Positions 1-9,124 of a stretch of DNA of 30,943 nucleotides are shown here, piece by piece; positions within the stretch are counted from its first letter, which is position 1; the number at the start of each line of letters is the position of its first letter. The position numbers and the translations under genes are program-made. A model generated the notes under the pieces. It ran no database searches. It worked only from the letters and a program-made list of their open reading frames with translations, and was not told the DNA's origin. The DNA is from a virus (Duplodnaviria; Caudoviricetes), in the IMG/VR virus record IMGVR_UViG_3300010376_000099, positions 1 to 30,943 of that record; one strand, written 5' to 3'.

Positions 1-255
1 CTTAAGTCTGAGTTTGTCTTTGAGAGGGATTGAATAGCCATTCTCCCAATTGAGGAATATACGGACGCGAAAGGGTTCAAGTTTGCTCCGAAGAATATGA
101 ATGATTTGACGCACACGACCGTTACTTAGATCAGTAAACATATCATGTGTCGCAACTTCCTTGTGCATGAGAATTTGCAAAACTTGCGCCTCTACGTGTG
201 TAACGCCGACAATATCTTGCAATGTCGGGATTGACACTCTTGTATTTATTTTCAT
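1..255 (-). CDS. Partial (runs off left edge) OmpR/PhoB-type winged-helix DNA-binding protein
   Basis: Not in ORF track. ATG at 255 with AAGGA RBS. Translates MKINTRVSIPTLQDIVGVTHVEAQVLQILMHKEVATHDMFTDLSNGRVRQIIHILRSKLEPFRVRIFLNWENGYSIP..., matching the T-x-x-E-x-x-(V/L)L ... I-x-x-LR-x-KL ... W-x-x-GY pattern of Trans_reg_C domains; no receiver domain. Confidence 0.65.
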   Translation of the reverse strand, partial: MKINTRVSIPTLQDIVGVTHVEAQVLQILMHKEVATHDMFTDLSNGRVRQIIHILRSKLEPFRVRIFLNWENGYSIPLKDKLRLK

Positions 256-277
256 CGCTTCTTATCCTTTGTTCGTG

Positions 278-306
278 ACTGTAGCATACTTGTTAGTCAA
301 TGTCAA
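278..306 (-). promoter_or_regulatory. Sigma70-type promoter
   Basis: Minus strand TTGACA-N17-TACAGT with extended -10 TG, upstream of the wHTH gene. Confidence 0.6.
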
Positions 307-361
307 TACCCTTCTCAAACCACAACTATTTATAGTTGCGCCTCAGTTAAATTTTCCCCTA

Positions 362-3148
362 TCATTTTAAATCTCCATAGCTAGTGCCAATTTTAGCTTC
401 TGCTTTTAATGGTATATCTAAACCCCATTTTGGTCTTCGCTCCATTTCTTCTATTACTATCTGTTTTAGTTCTGTAATAATAGATTTATGCACTACATAT
501 AACAATTCGTCGTGAATGTTATGAGCAAAGCGTATCTGTGTGCGCTGCCACACACGTAACGCAGCATCCATAATGATGATACGATCAAACGCTTGCACAA
601 GGTTTTCAAGGAATTTCCCTCCCCACAGCTTCTTCCTGCCGCCCCCATAAGTAAACTTCCACTCTCCAGCCTCAGCATCGTATCTTAAGTCATGATAGTA
701 TAACCGTAGTCCATTCGGCAGGAGGATGGATTGGTGGTCAACTTTACACGGTCCAATGTCCGTATCGCTACCGCCCATAGCGAGCAGTGGTAAGTATGCA
801 TTCAGCCTATCCCAAAAGGCATCAATGCGGTCATACCTACCGCGATAGAAATTCACAAAGTTATACGCTTCGGGTAGCCCGAAATAGTGGTCTATGCCTG
901 CTTCTTGTGCACCGTAGTTGAGTGACCATTGTAGTTTAGGGCCACCCATACCGAAGCCTAATCCAAGGATGCAGGTCTTACCAGCGAACCGCTCCAATGG
1001 TGTTTCTTTTGAACATGGATAACCAAATACATCTGTAGCAAATTCGCTATATACATCTGCCCCAACTTCAAACCGCTGGAGTAAATCTTTTTGTCCTGCG
1101 AACCATGCAGTAAGTCGTGCCTCAATTTGTGATGCATCAACTGCTAAGATCACATGATCCGGTGGAACGATAATAGCGTCCCTAAGTGTTTTAGTTTTCT
1201 TTGATGGTAAGTTCTGGCAATTTCCAGTAATAAAAATTGCGCCATTATATCGAACAATAATAAATGAACTGGTAACTTGCGGACAATAAACTTTTCCATT
1301 ATAGGGTTTTTTAAGACTTTGAATTTTAGAAATAGACGTTGTTTTGCTTTCTCTAAAATATACATCATATCTAGAAGAATAAAATTTAAGCGTAGCTGGC
1401 CTACCGCGTAGGAAGCCAATTGTTTGGACCCATTGAGCTTCACTAAGTATAGTTGTGTAAAAGATTATTTGTTTTTGATTTTGGCAATACATTCCATCCC
1501 AATGTGGAAGTTCATCTAAAAATATATCCATGCATTCAGGCGACAATGATAACACCCATTCATTTATTCCTTTTTGCATCCATATAGGAGTATTACTACC
1601 TCTAATAGTAAACTGAGTTAAATGTCCATCTGACCATTCGTTAAATATAATCTGTTCATCTTGTAAAAGCTTTCGCAGACGGTCAATTTTTCTCTGTTTA
1701 ATAAATCCAAATTGCCAACCACCTTTCCATTCTGTTTGTCTTGGTTCATCGTTACTACTACCAATATTTTCATATAGTTTACTACCATCAGCAGAGAGCG
1801 CAACAAGTATTTTTGTCTGATTTAGAGTAAATCTATTTAAAGTATTTTCAAATCTTCCATGTATAGGGATATTATCGAGTCTACTTTGTTCTATTTCTCC
1901 AGCCAATTTTATGCGTATACGCCCTTTATACCAATACGGTATGCGATGATTTGTAGTAAAACCCCCATTGACAAATGGGGCATTAAACCAAATTAAATAA
2001 CTATTTTCTTGTCGCTCTATTTTCTTTGCTGCGATTTCCCATTCTAATTTACCATCAGGAAACCATTGCATAATAGGCGTTTCGGGTTGCCAATCCTCTA
2101 TCCGTTGCCATCCATTAGGTGTAAATACTTCCATATCAGGATGTAAACAATTAAGCCCCCAATCTCCTGATAGTCTATGCGTGTGCGCGCCGCTGTAGCG
2201 TAATGCCATGGGAATAACTGGTTCGGTCCAACTATTTATAGTTGCTTCACCAATGCGGATAAACTTCTCTGTGCGTGTTTCCTCAAGTGTGGACTTAATC
2301 CCTAGTCGCGCCGCTACTAAAGCTTGCACGTCAGGATCAGGATGCTCTGCCAACGCCATAAATTCAAAGTCAGTCTTGGCAAATGCATAAGAGAGTTTTT
2401 TTGTAACCTGTGAGATTTTCGTAGGTGGATCAATATTATACGATCTGAGTAATTCTGCGAACTGCACGTTAGATGCTAAGACTTGTGGGGTAGTGCTTAC
2501 CTTCTCTAATAGTTCTGCCTTTGCTTGTTTTACATTATATAAATGCTCGTATAGTTTGTTCAGGTCCAATGAGAGTGCTGGTTGCGTAGTGGTCTTAATG
2601 ACCATATCCATAATAATGTGTTCGGCAGAGGGAAAGTCCATTACCAGCTTATAGTATATCGCCCTACACAAGTCACAGTCTGTGCGCCCATAGTCTACAA
2701 ACCTAGTATAAAACTCAGGATCGCTTTCTATCTCGTCAGCGCGTTTGTTCTTAGTTTGAAGTATAAACTCACTCTTCCTGCCGACACCTAAATATGCGGC
2801 TGTCTTTTCGAGTGAAGCGCGGCCGTTTGGTAAGAACGCCATGAGTAAAGCGCGGGCCATACCTAGCGTATCTATTAGTAAGGTGGGATGGATACCGTAG
2901 CGATAGGATAATATGGACGCATCAAACAATGCGTTATGGGATATAAACATATAAGGTTTAGTTTGTGAATTAAGATAATCTACTATCTGTTCACGCGGCA
3001 ACCATTGCGGAGGTTTAAATTCATCTTCGGCGACTGAACAACCAATACACTCAAAGCGCGCATCGAGTATATACTCAATTGGTGTCATTTTCTTGAGTGT
3101 GTAATCATCGCTCCAGAAGGTTTCAAAGTCGCCGAAGATGCGTTTCAT
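362..3148 (-). CDS. Phage family A DNA polymerase with intein
   Basis: N-terminal 3'-5' exonuclease motifs (DFET, HNALFD), THRLSG..N/CQNLP, motif A DASQIEAR, motif B RFAGKTCILGLGFG, motif C HDEL. Confidence 0.95.
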   Translation of the reverse strand: MKRIFGDFETFWSDDYTLKKMTPIEYILDARFECIGCSVAEDEFKPPQWLPREQIVDYLNSQTKPYMFISHNALFDASILSYRYGIHPTLLIDTLGMARALLMAFLPNGRASLEKTAAYLGVGRKSEFILQTKNKRADEIESDPEFYTRFVDYGRTDCDLCRAIYYKLVMDFPSAEHIIMDMVIKTTTQPALSLDLNKLYEHLYNVKQAKAELLEKVSTTPQVLASNVQFAELLRSYNIDPPTKISQVTKKLSYAFAKTDFEFMALAEHPDPDVQALVAARLGIKSTLEETRTEKFIRIGEATINSWTEPVIPMALRYSGAHTHRLSGDWGLNCLHPDMEVFTPNGWQRIEDWQPETPIMQWFPDGKLEWEIAAKKIERQENSYLIWFNAPFVNGGFTTNHRIPYWYKGRIRIKLAGEIEQSRLDNIPIHGRFENTLNRFTLNQTKILVALSADGSKLYENIGSSNDEPRQTEWKGGWQFGFIKQRKIDRLRKLLQDEQIIFNEWSDGHLTQFTIRGSNTPIWMQKGINEWVLSLSPECMDIFLDELPHWDGMYCQNQKQIIFYTTILSEAQWVQTIGFLRGRPATLKFYSSRYDVYFRESKTTSISKIQSLKKPYNGKVYCPQVTSSFIIVRYNGAIFITGNCQNLPSKKTKTLRDAIIVPPDHVILAVDASQIEARLTAWFAGQKDLLQRFEVGADVYSEFATDVFGYPCSKETPLERFAGKTCILGLGFGMGGPKLQWSLNYGAQEAGIDHYFGLPEAYNFVNFYRGRYDRIDAFWDRLNAYLPLLAMGGSDTDIGPCKVDHQSILLPNGLRLYYHDLRYDAEAGEWKFTYGGGRKKLWGGKFLENLVQAFDRIIIMDAALRVWQRTQIRFAHNIHDELLYVVHKSIITELKQIVIEEMERRPKWGLDIPLKAEAKIGTSYGDLK
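1220..2149 (-). mobile_element. Intein (310 aa) with LAGLIDADG-like homing endonuclease domain
   Basis: Starts CLHPDMEVFTPNGW, block B TTNH, LVALSADGS and FLDELPHWDG motifs, ends VYCPQV...IFITGN followed by Cys+1. Removal restores WGLN-CQNLP. AT-rich relative to flanks. Confidence 0.92.
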
Positions 3149-3561
3149 ATTTGAACTCCTATTATACGGTGGAAAATGTCATCAACCCACAGAATTTGTT
3201 TTTCAGATAAGAATCCTTGATAATTTTGTGATACTAATTTCGTAATAAATTCACGGTCTTTTGCTCGTAAATTTATAAATTTATCGCTTTCAAAAATTAA
3301 ATCAATAAGGAACCAAGGATCATCCGGCCGATCTCTTGGCGAAGGGCGTGACGGTGAAGGGCGTGACGGCGGAGGCGGTGGCGTTTTAGGGGTTTGAATT
3401 GGTTTTGCCTCTATGAGTTTAGCAATATCGTGCAAGTCTGCTTTCTCGCTCTGTAAGATACGCTTTATAGCATGAACAGTAGCTAACACTTCACCATCTT
3501 GGTCACTACCTAAGAGCCGTATTAATTGCGCTATACGCGTTTTACTCTCACTACTAAGCAT
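3145..3561 (-). CDS. Hypothetical phage protein with Pro-rich linker
   Basis: 138 aa ORF; ATGA overlap with polymerase start. Confidence 0.8.
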   Translation of the reverse strand: MLSSESKTRIAQLIRLLGSDQDGEVLATVHAIKRILQSEKADLHDIAKLIEAKPIQTPKTPPPPPSRPSPSRPSPRDRPDDPWFLIDLIFESDKFINLRAKDREFITKLVSQNYQGFLSEKQILWVDDIFHRIIGVQI

Positions 3562-3573
3562 AACACACTCTAA

Positions 3574-3723
3574 CTATTTATAGTAGCGCAGCATCCACCA
3601 TCTACTCGGTAATTGTATAGAGATACGAGAATAGACAAATCTCATACGCCACTGCGCACATCCTCGCGTTCGCCTTTTTATAGATTTTATTCGCAATCTT
3701 TTAAATAATTGAAAATGGGTCAT
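3574..3723 (-). CDS. Small basic hypothetical protein (49 aa)
   Basis: MTHFQLFKRLRIKSIKRRTRGCAQWRMRFVYSRISIQLPSRWWMLRYYK; fills the gap between neighbours; its TAG is supplied by the palindrome at 3572. Confidence 0.5.
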   Translation of the reverse strand: MTHFQLFKRLRIKSIKRRTRGCAQWRMRFVYSRISIQLPSRWWMLRYYK

Positions 3724-3724
3724 T

Positions 3725-3937
3725 TCATTTTCCCCCCATTAGACGAACAGAAATTTCATACTGCTCACCGCCGCGCAACACAACTGTAACATTACTATCG
3801 ATACGTGCAACGCTCTCAACGTGACCAGTTCGCTTTATATCGTAGTCGAGAATATGCGGCACATCGCAAATATTACAATCCTGGATATTGTTGGATATTA
3901 ACTCCACAAGCCATTTAGCGATAATATCAATATGCAT
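3725..3937 (-). CDS. Hypothetical protein
   Basis: Likely start MHIDII with GGGGGA RBS directly after the palindrome at 3948. Confidence 0.7.
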   Translation of the reverse strand: MHIDIIAKWLVELISNNIQDCNICDVPHILDYDIKRTGHVESVARIDSNVTVVLRGGEQYEISVRLMGGK

Positions 3938-3953
3938 GTTCTCCCCCAACTAT

Positions 3954-4043
3954 CTATAGTTTGATTGCCAAGACTATTACCCATACGATTGTTATCGCAA
4001 GGGCCATAAGCATATCATACGCATTATTTGCTTCTATGTCCAT
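3954..4043 (-). CDS. Small membrane peptide (29 aa)
   Basis: MDIEANNAYDMLMALAITIVWVIVLAIKL; one hydrophobic segment; stop codon lies inside the palindrome at 3948. Confidence 0.5.
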   Translation of the reverse strand: MDIEANNAYDMLMALAITIVWVIVLAIKL

Positions 4044-4045
4044 GA

Positions 4046-4384
4046 TTACCCCGCGAAAGGATCAGACCCGTATTCCTTCATAGCCCACTTACAATAGGCG
4101 AGCCAGTCGTCTTCGTCAAACTCGTATTCTTCTCCTTTTGCAGGTTTCCAATCATTGTCTATCATAGACGCGATACAAGTAATAGTATCCACCCCCCACT
4201 GCCGTTTGGCTTCTGCAATTTCTTCCTCTGTTAGCTTATTTAATGTTCGCATGTCTCCCTCCAAACTTCTAATTACCGTAGGTGATAACCATTCTTCATG
4301 ATCGTTGCAGTCATATACTGGCCAGAAATACCAGCCATCCGCTGCGATAATAAGCTCCCAACGATCAAATCGTGCGGTATCCAA
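4046..4384 (-). CDS. Acidic, Trp-rich hypothetical protein
   Basis: 112 aa ORF abutting the upstream gene; GGAG/AGGA RBS. Confidence 0.7.
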   Translation of the reverse strand: MDTARFDRWELIIAADGWYFWPVYDCNDHEEWLSPTVIRSLEGDMRTLNKLTEEEIAEAKRQWGVDTITCIASMIDNDWKPAKGEEYEFDEDDWLAYCKWAMKEYGSDPFAG

Positions 4385-4627
4385 TTAGTCCTCTCCATTA
4401 TGATACTTACGAATTACTTCGTGCATCTTCTCTACCGCTAATTCTTTGGGCAAGTCTTCTTTAAGTTTACGCAAAAATGCAGCCGCGCGCCCCCATACAT
4501 TTGCAGCTATCGTATTATCACGTTTAGCTTGTTTATCTGTTTGCTTACTCGCTCGCATATGAAGTTCATGACTTGTTTGTGTAAATATATTTGCTAATTC
4601 CTCCAAGAGGATTTGCGCAGTTTTCAT
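4385..4627 (-). CDS. Hypothetical protein
   Basis: 80 aa ORF; ATGA overlap with upstream gene. Confidence 0.75.
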   Translation of the reverse strand: MKTAQILLEELANIFTQTSHELHMRASKQTDKQAKRDNTIAANVWGRAAAFLRKLKEDLPKELAVEKMHEVIRKYHNGED

Positions 4628-5205
4628 TTTTTCCCCCTAACCTCCGCTATTGCTTTTAACATATGAAGCGAATCTTTATAAGTTCCATCAGGATTAATGT
4701 GTTCGTCTCCAGTTACCTCTATCTTTGAGTTTTTACTTGACATTTCCAAAAACCCATGACCTGTGAATACAGGCGGCAAGAGAACGAGGGCGTCCACTGC
4801 ATTATAACGCACTAACGCCAATATGTTACGCTTGCTTAGGCGTTCAAGATGTGCACGTAATGCGGGGTCACGGTGAGCATCTGGATAGTCAGGGTCGCAC
4901 CATATCTGAATAGCTCTAAATTCTTGACTAACCCCATACTCTGAACTATCAATAGTTACTTTGTCAGGCATCGGATCAATGACATAATGCGTCCTATCGG
5001 GACGCCCTAACCCCTCAGTGTTATCTCCGAGCAACCACACACAGGACCATAGCCTACACTCAGGTGAAATGCCCATAAGTTGTTTATAGATAGCGCACCC
5101 CTTCCTGTGCCGTTGGTATTTGCACTTATGGCCCGCACCTTTATTGATAGAGGTAACAGGCAATAACTTGCAGCATAGCTGGCAAGAACCACATTCACGC
5201 TTCAT
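4624..5205 (-). CDS. CxxCxxCC cysteine-cluster (YkgJ-like Zn/Fe-chelating) protein
   Basis: RECGSCQLCCK...KC...GCAIY...PECRLWSCVWL pattern. Confidence 0.75.
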   Translation of the reverse strand: MKRECGSCQLCCKLLPVTSINKGAGHKCKYQRHRKGCAIYKQLMGISPECRLWSCVWLLGDNTEGLGRPDRTHYVIDPMPDKVTIDSSEYGVSQEFRAIQIWCDPDYPDAHRDPALRAHLERLSKRNILALVRYNAVDALVLLPPVFTGHGFLEMSSKNSKIEVTGDEHINPDGTYKDSLHMLKAIAEVRGKK

Positions 5206-5639
5206 TTTGCACCACCGTTCTTATATGCTGCATAGCGATACAAACCTGCTTTACGTGCTGCTGTGCTGATATAAGGTTGCGACACACCCTCTTGTTCAGC
5301 AATGTCTGTAAGAGGCACACCTGCTCTATATAAGCGAAGCACAGCTTTACGCTTCTCCGGTCCATATGATCCACCAGGACCATGAGTTTTAATACCAGCC
5401 AGTTTTACATAGCGATGAATAGTCCCTCTTGCACAACCGTATTTTTCTGCAATATCCCTAACTTTCATACCAGCTTCGTAATCTTTTACAACTGCTAACA
5501 TGCGTGGTGGTCTATTCTCCAATTCGGCAAGGAAAGAAATAACCTCCTTATTGCTGCGCACCAACCTAACTAATGCTGGTGGTGCTTTTCCTGTTTTTAT
5601 ATAAGTGGCGACTTGATCTAACCTGAAACGCATCCTCAT
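5202..5639 (-). CDS. Tandem helix-turn-helix DNA-binding protein
   Basis: Two HTH motifs: GMKVRDIAEKYGCARGTIHRYVK and GVPLTDIAEQEGVSQPYISTAAR; GGAAAGGA RBS. Confidence 0.85.
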   Translation of the reverse strand: MRMRFRLDQVATYIKTGKAPPALVRLVRSNKEVISFLAELENRPPRMLAVVKDYEAGMKVRDIAEKYGCARGTIHRYVKLAGIKTHGPGGSYGPEKRKAVLRLYRAGVPLTDIAEQEGVSQPYISTAARKAGLYRYAAYKNGGAK

Positions 5640-5665
5640 TTCCTTTCCAACTATCTATAGTTGTC

Positions 5666-5974
5666 CTAGTGAACTGAGCCGGTATGCTCTCCATTTTGTT
5701 CTGCTAACAATTCCTCCACTTTGTTCCCTGCAACAAATACCAGTTTCATGAATATAAGGTGTTCATCCCTATCCATATAACCCCAAAAATATCCAGCTAT
5801 TTTCGCAACTGATTTAATAATGTCATTATATGCGTAGTCATCTACTTCGGGCCAAGTAGGATATTTAGCTTTGACAGCATTAAAGAACGCGCACACTAGA
5901 CAATTAGTCGAATGGTCTTCCCCAAGATGGTCAGTCTGTTTTGACTGTTTGATTTTTCGCTGCTTTTTGCTCAT
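5666..5974 (-). CDS. Hypothetical protein
   Basis: 102 aa ORF with GGAG RBS. Confidence 0.7.
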   Translation of the reverse strand: MSKKQRKIKQSKQTDHLGEDHSTNCLVCAFFNAVKAKYPTWPEVDDYAYNDIIKSVAKIAGYFWGYMDRDEHLIFMKLVFVAGNKVEELLAEQNGEHTGSVH

Positions 5975-6806
5975 TCTTCTTCTCCAACGCTACAACTTGT
6001 AGCTTCGATACTTCCTGCTCTATAAAGCTTAACGATAAATCAAGTCTGCAATAGCTATCAAGTTTAGCTCGTAAATAGGCATTACTTTTCATAATATTAT
6101 ATTGCGTTATGATCGTTGCACCTTCTTTCGCCCACATGACAAGATCGCGCGGTATCCACACATGGTCATGCGATGGAACAGCAGATGTGAGAATGTTAAA
6201 TTGTTGCACAAGCTGCCTTGCCTCTGCCGTATTGTCAGACCCGCCAAACCAGTTTGATACTTGAAACGTGCCCATGTCTGGCCGTCGGCTATTAGCAATA
6301 AGCTCAGGTGGAATTAGCAAATTAATCCACGGAAAGAATACATTAAAATCTCGCGTCCTATCAAGCACTGCGGAAATAGCTTCAAATGAATATTTCCAGT
6401 GCATCCATTGCATTTGCGCCTTACGAAGCGGAGCTAGCATATTATTAATACGCTTTAAATTTGTATCAATAGCAAAAGATTTAGGAAACATAATATTTGG
6501 CATTTCTTCACCACCATGACATTCTATCACAATGGTAACACCCGGTTCGACACTAACAGAATAGTCCGCATTATACCTCCGCATTATCCTCCCTGCCGCT
6601 TGTAAAACTGGAATATCCTCCTTCCGGCAGAAGAGAGAATGCGCTTCATTGTAGCTAATAACGGGAGTATAAATCTCCCGCGTGTAGCTCCAAATTTCAT
6701 CCATCATATAGCATATCCTGCGATAGATACGCTTATTGAGGATTTTATCGTCATCTAAGTATCGCATCGCTCTACCTTCTCCTTGTGATGCTTGTGCTGT
6801 TAACAT
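5931..6806 (-). CDS. Hypothetical protein (start may be ATG at 6767)
   Basis: 291 aa ORF; GGAG/AAGGT RBS before MRYLDD. Confidence 0.8.
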   Translation of the reverse strand: MLTAQASQGEGRAMRYLDDDKILNKRIYRRICYMMDEIWSYTREIYTPVISYNEAHSLFCRKEDIPVLQAAGRIMRRYNADYSVSVEPGVTIVIECHGGEEMPNIMFPKSFAIDTNLKRINNMLAPLRKAQMQWMHWKYSFEAISAVLDRTRDFNVFFPWINLLIPPELIANSRRPDMGTFQVSNWFGGSDNTAEARQLVQQFNILTSAVPSHDHVWIPRDLVMWAKEGATIITQYNIMKSNAYLRAKLDSYCRLDLSLSFIEQEVSKLQVVALEKKNEQKAAKNQTVKTD

Positions 6807-6976
6807 TGTCCCAACCCCGGGCGGTTGATGTAGCGCTCCAGCGCGCTGTGAACCTTGATCCCTTCGGCGAGCGCCGGGCTGTCTTCTTTGGGCAGATCGC
6901 GCGCGATGTATTTATGCCACGCCTTGCGAGGGCAGTTCGTGAAGTCGTTGAGGAAAGAAAAGGACCAGGGAATCAT
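6800..6976 (-). pseudogene. N-terminal fragment (58 aa) of a PD-(D/E)XK RecB/Cas4-like phage exonuclease
   Basis: MIPWSFSFLNDFTNCPRKAWHKYIARDLPKEDSPALAEGIKVHSALERYINRPGLGQC*; WSxS...CPR...G..VH.ALE motif, no catalytic core; ATGA-coupled to upstream gene. Confidence 0.65.
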
Positions 6977-7170
6977 TTTTGTACCGGATGCAGAGCATTA
7001 ATTTTGTCAGCCAGACTGAACAAATCGCCTATGTGCGTTGTTTGTATTTTTCCTACCGTATCTCCTTCTCGTTCAGAATAGAAATTAATTATAAAGATCA
7101 CCGTGTCTTCGTCGTCTTTTATGGACGCTGGTTCTGAGATCGTCGCATCTATAATAATTTCGTGTTTCAC
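6973..7170 (-). CDS. Hypothetical protein
   Basis: GTG start with GAGGAG RBS, 65 aa. Confidence 0.7.
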   Translation of the reverse strand: MKHEIIIDATISEPASIKDDEDTVIFIINFYSEREGDTVGKIQTTHIGDLFSLADKINALHPVQK

Positions 7171-7209
7171 GGTCGCTCTCCTCGCTTACTATCTATAGTT
7201 GACACACCA

Positions 7210-7234
7210 ATGGGGGAGTGGTTAGCTCCCCCAT
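7210..7234 (-). terminator. Intergenic hairpin (no clear U-tract)
   Basis: ATGGGGGAG-N7-CTCCCCCAT 9-bp stem, 9 nt before the palindrome at 7187-7200. Confidence 0.45.
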
Positions 7235-7241
7235 GAATACA

Positions 7242-7439
7242 TCAACGCTCGATCTGAATAATGAGATATACAGTTTCTTTTTCACCAGTAAATACTGGTC
7301 CTTGTGCTACATCGAACCACTCGTCTAGTATTTCTCCTACTTCTGGCGCGTCACCGTTTACATAGGCGCGAATTTTGTCAACACTTAAATCATGGACAAA
7401 TACATTATCGCCTTCAAGATCAATACGCAGTCCCATCAC
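7242..7439 (-). CDS. Hypothetical protein
   Basis: 65 aa ORF; AGGAG RBS; overlaps VWA gene stop. Confidence 0.7.
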   Translation of the reverse strand: MMGLRIDLEGDNVFVHDLSVDKIRAYVNGDAPEVGEILDEWFDVAQGPVFTGEKETVYLIIQIER

Positions 7440-8761
7440 TGTTCTCCTTTAATAGGGATATAGAGGAAGTCGCCGAACTTTGGCATACGATGGACTTGCT
7501 CTCTCGGCACAGAGGAAGCCCATATGACAGGGAAGGGGGGAGCCTTATCAGGGAACCCGCCGTCCATATCAGTGAAGAATATGAGAATGTCTGGTTCTAG
7601 GCTCTCCTTATATATCTTGTTAAACACTGGTCGGAAGTCTGTTCCACCCCAACCCCTACGCAATGTGCGCTTAAGGTTCGCGCCGTCTAGGATTTCCTCC
7701 CACATCTTGATTTCATCGTCACATTGGCACAAGATAAGCTCACGCGGGCGGGCATCCTCAAGGATGTTCCCTGTTGCCGCCATGAATATGTCGGACATTT
7801 TCTGTGTGATAGAACCAGAACTGTCCTGTGCCACAACCACCCGACCAACGCCCCATGCTATGCGCCCAGGTGCACCAATACCACGGATGACAAACTCTTC
7901 ATCCAAGTTATCCCACGTTTGCCTACCATTACCCACACGGCGATTGAACGTGGTGCGTAGCTTCTCCTGCCACGGAATATCCGGTTCTACAGCTTTACCG
8001 AATACACCCTCAAGATTGCCAGTTCCAGTGCCACGGCCCTTCATGCTAGCTTTCGCTGCTGTGATAGCCATGTCCCATGCTTGCTGATCGCGTTCGCTCA
8101 TTGCTTGTGACGGCGACTTGCCGCGAGCTTCTCCAGGGGTCATATGAACGTCGAACCCCTTTGAACTATTTATAGTTGAGCCGCCACCGTTTTGCTTCTG
8201 TTGCTGCTGATACTTAAACAGCTTGCGATAGGCATCAATAATGCTTATTTCTCCAGTAATCAAACCGGGGAAGTGAATAGCATCCTCTGGCATTTCGCCA
8301 ACTTTGGCATCTAGCAAGCCAGCATTGATAACTCCGTCAGCCGCTCGCTGCATAGTGTTATCATCATAAGGTAATCGCTCGCCATCAGGATACAGAATAG
8401 CCCCGGCAAGACGAAGACGATACATAATCGCGCAATGCCCCATCATCGCATGCCAAATCTCATGACAACCGATGAATATGCGGCACTCAAGTTTGCGTGT
8501 AAGATATTTGAGCGGGTTTAAATACAGAAACCTATCGTCTGTTCCTGCCGTTTGCACTTGATCCGTGAACCAAGCTTGCTCGCCTTTCTCACCTACCATC
8601 ATAGAATAGAGAATGTCAGTAAAAGCAGGTTGCGCCCACAACATTGCAGTGCGCGTTTTGTCCCACTCATACTGTTGCTGTGTATCAAGCTTTAACTGTG
8701 TCCAGTTATGAGCCTGACCCACAAGCGGCGCTTTAAGGTTCGCCAACCCTGCTAGTTCCAT
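7436..8761 (-). CDS. VWA-like domain / HEXXH metallopeptidase-like protein (DUF2201 type)
   Basis: TAGTD, CHEIWH zincin motif, MIDAS DSSGS, GWGGTDFRPVF, FFTDMDG..P. Confidence 0.9.
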   Translation of the reverse strand: MELAGLANLKAPLVGQAHNWTQLKLDTQQQYEWDKTRTAMLWAQPAFTDILYSMMVGEKGEQAWFTDQVQTAGTDDRFLYLNPLKYLTRKLECRIFIGCHEIWHAMMGHCAIMYRLRLAGAILYPDGERLPYDDNTMQRAADGVINAGLLDAKVGEMPEDAIHFPGLITGEISIIDAYRKLFKYQQQQKQNGGGSTINSSKGFDVHMTPGEARGKSPSQAMSERDQQAWDMAITAAKASMKGRGTGTGNLEGVFGKAVEPDIPWQEKLRTTFNRRVGNGRQTWDNLDEEFVIRGIGAPGRIAWGVGRVVVAQDSSGSITQKMSDIFMAATGNILEDARPRELILCQCDDEIKMWEEILDGANLKRTLRRGWGGTDFRPVFNKIYKESLEPDILIFFTDMDGGFPDKAPPFPVIWASSVPREQVHRMPKFGDFLYIPIKGEQ

Positions 8762-8819
8762 CGCATAACCCTTTTGAAATTGCGATTGTTCGATACTGTA
8801 TCATAGGTGTTAGGGGCTG

Positions 8820-9041
8820 TCAAGCCCCTGCTTTAAACGCGGGAATGGTAACGCGACCTTCCGCATTGTTTTCGTAGGTTATCTCCACTTTAACAGGATG
8901 CGCACTAAGCATTGCAGCTTGCGAAGCCAGATACTCGGCCTGTTCGCGAACAAGAGTAGTGTAAACCTTGTTGCGCCGCTTGTCGGTATCATTCACGTTC
9001 ATGATTAGCTTGATGGTAAACTCAGTTTTCATGGTAGCCAT
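8820..9041 (-). CDS. Hypothetical protein (73 aa)
   Basis: Start MATMKTEF preceded by AAACGAGGA RBS. Confidence 0.75.
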   Translation of the reverse strand: MATMKTEFTIKLIMNVNDTDKRRNKVYTTLVREQAEYLASQAAMLSAHPVKVEITYENNAEGRVTIPAFKAGA

Positions 9042-9124
9042 TGTAATTTCCTCGTTTTGGGGGTCTGCCCCAGATACGCCGTTTTTTAGGCGGCGCATCC
9101 AATCCGCAGACCAACTATAGATAG

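Noticed and set aside
1441-1454. CACTAAGTATAGTT near-match inside the intein
   Set aside because: Two asymmetric mismatches and an unseen centre in AT-rich DNA; plausible by chance.
3793-3806. TACTATCGATACGT near-match (encodes RIDS)
   Set aside because: Three mismatches; could be a decayed site but was not counted.
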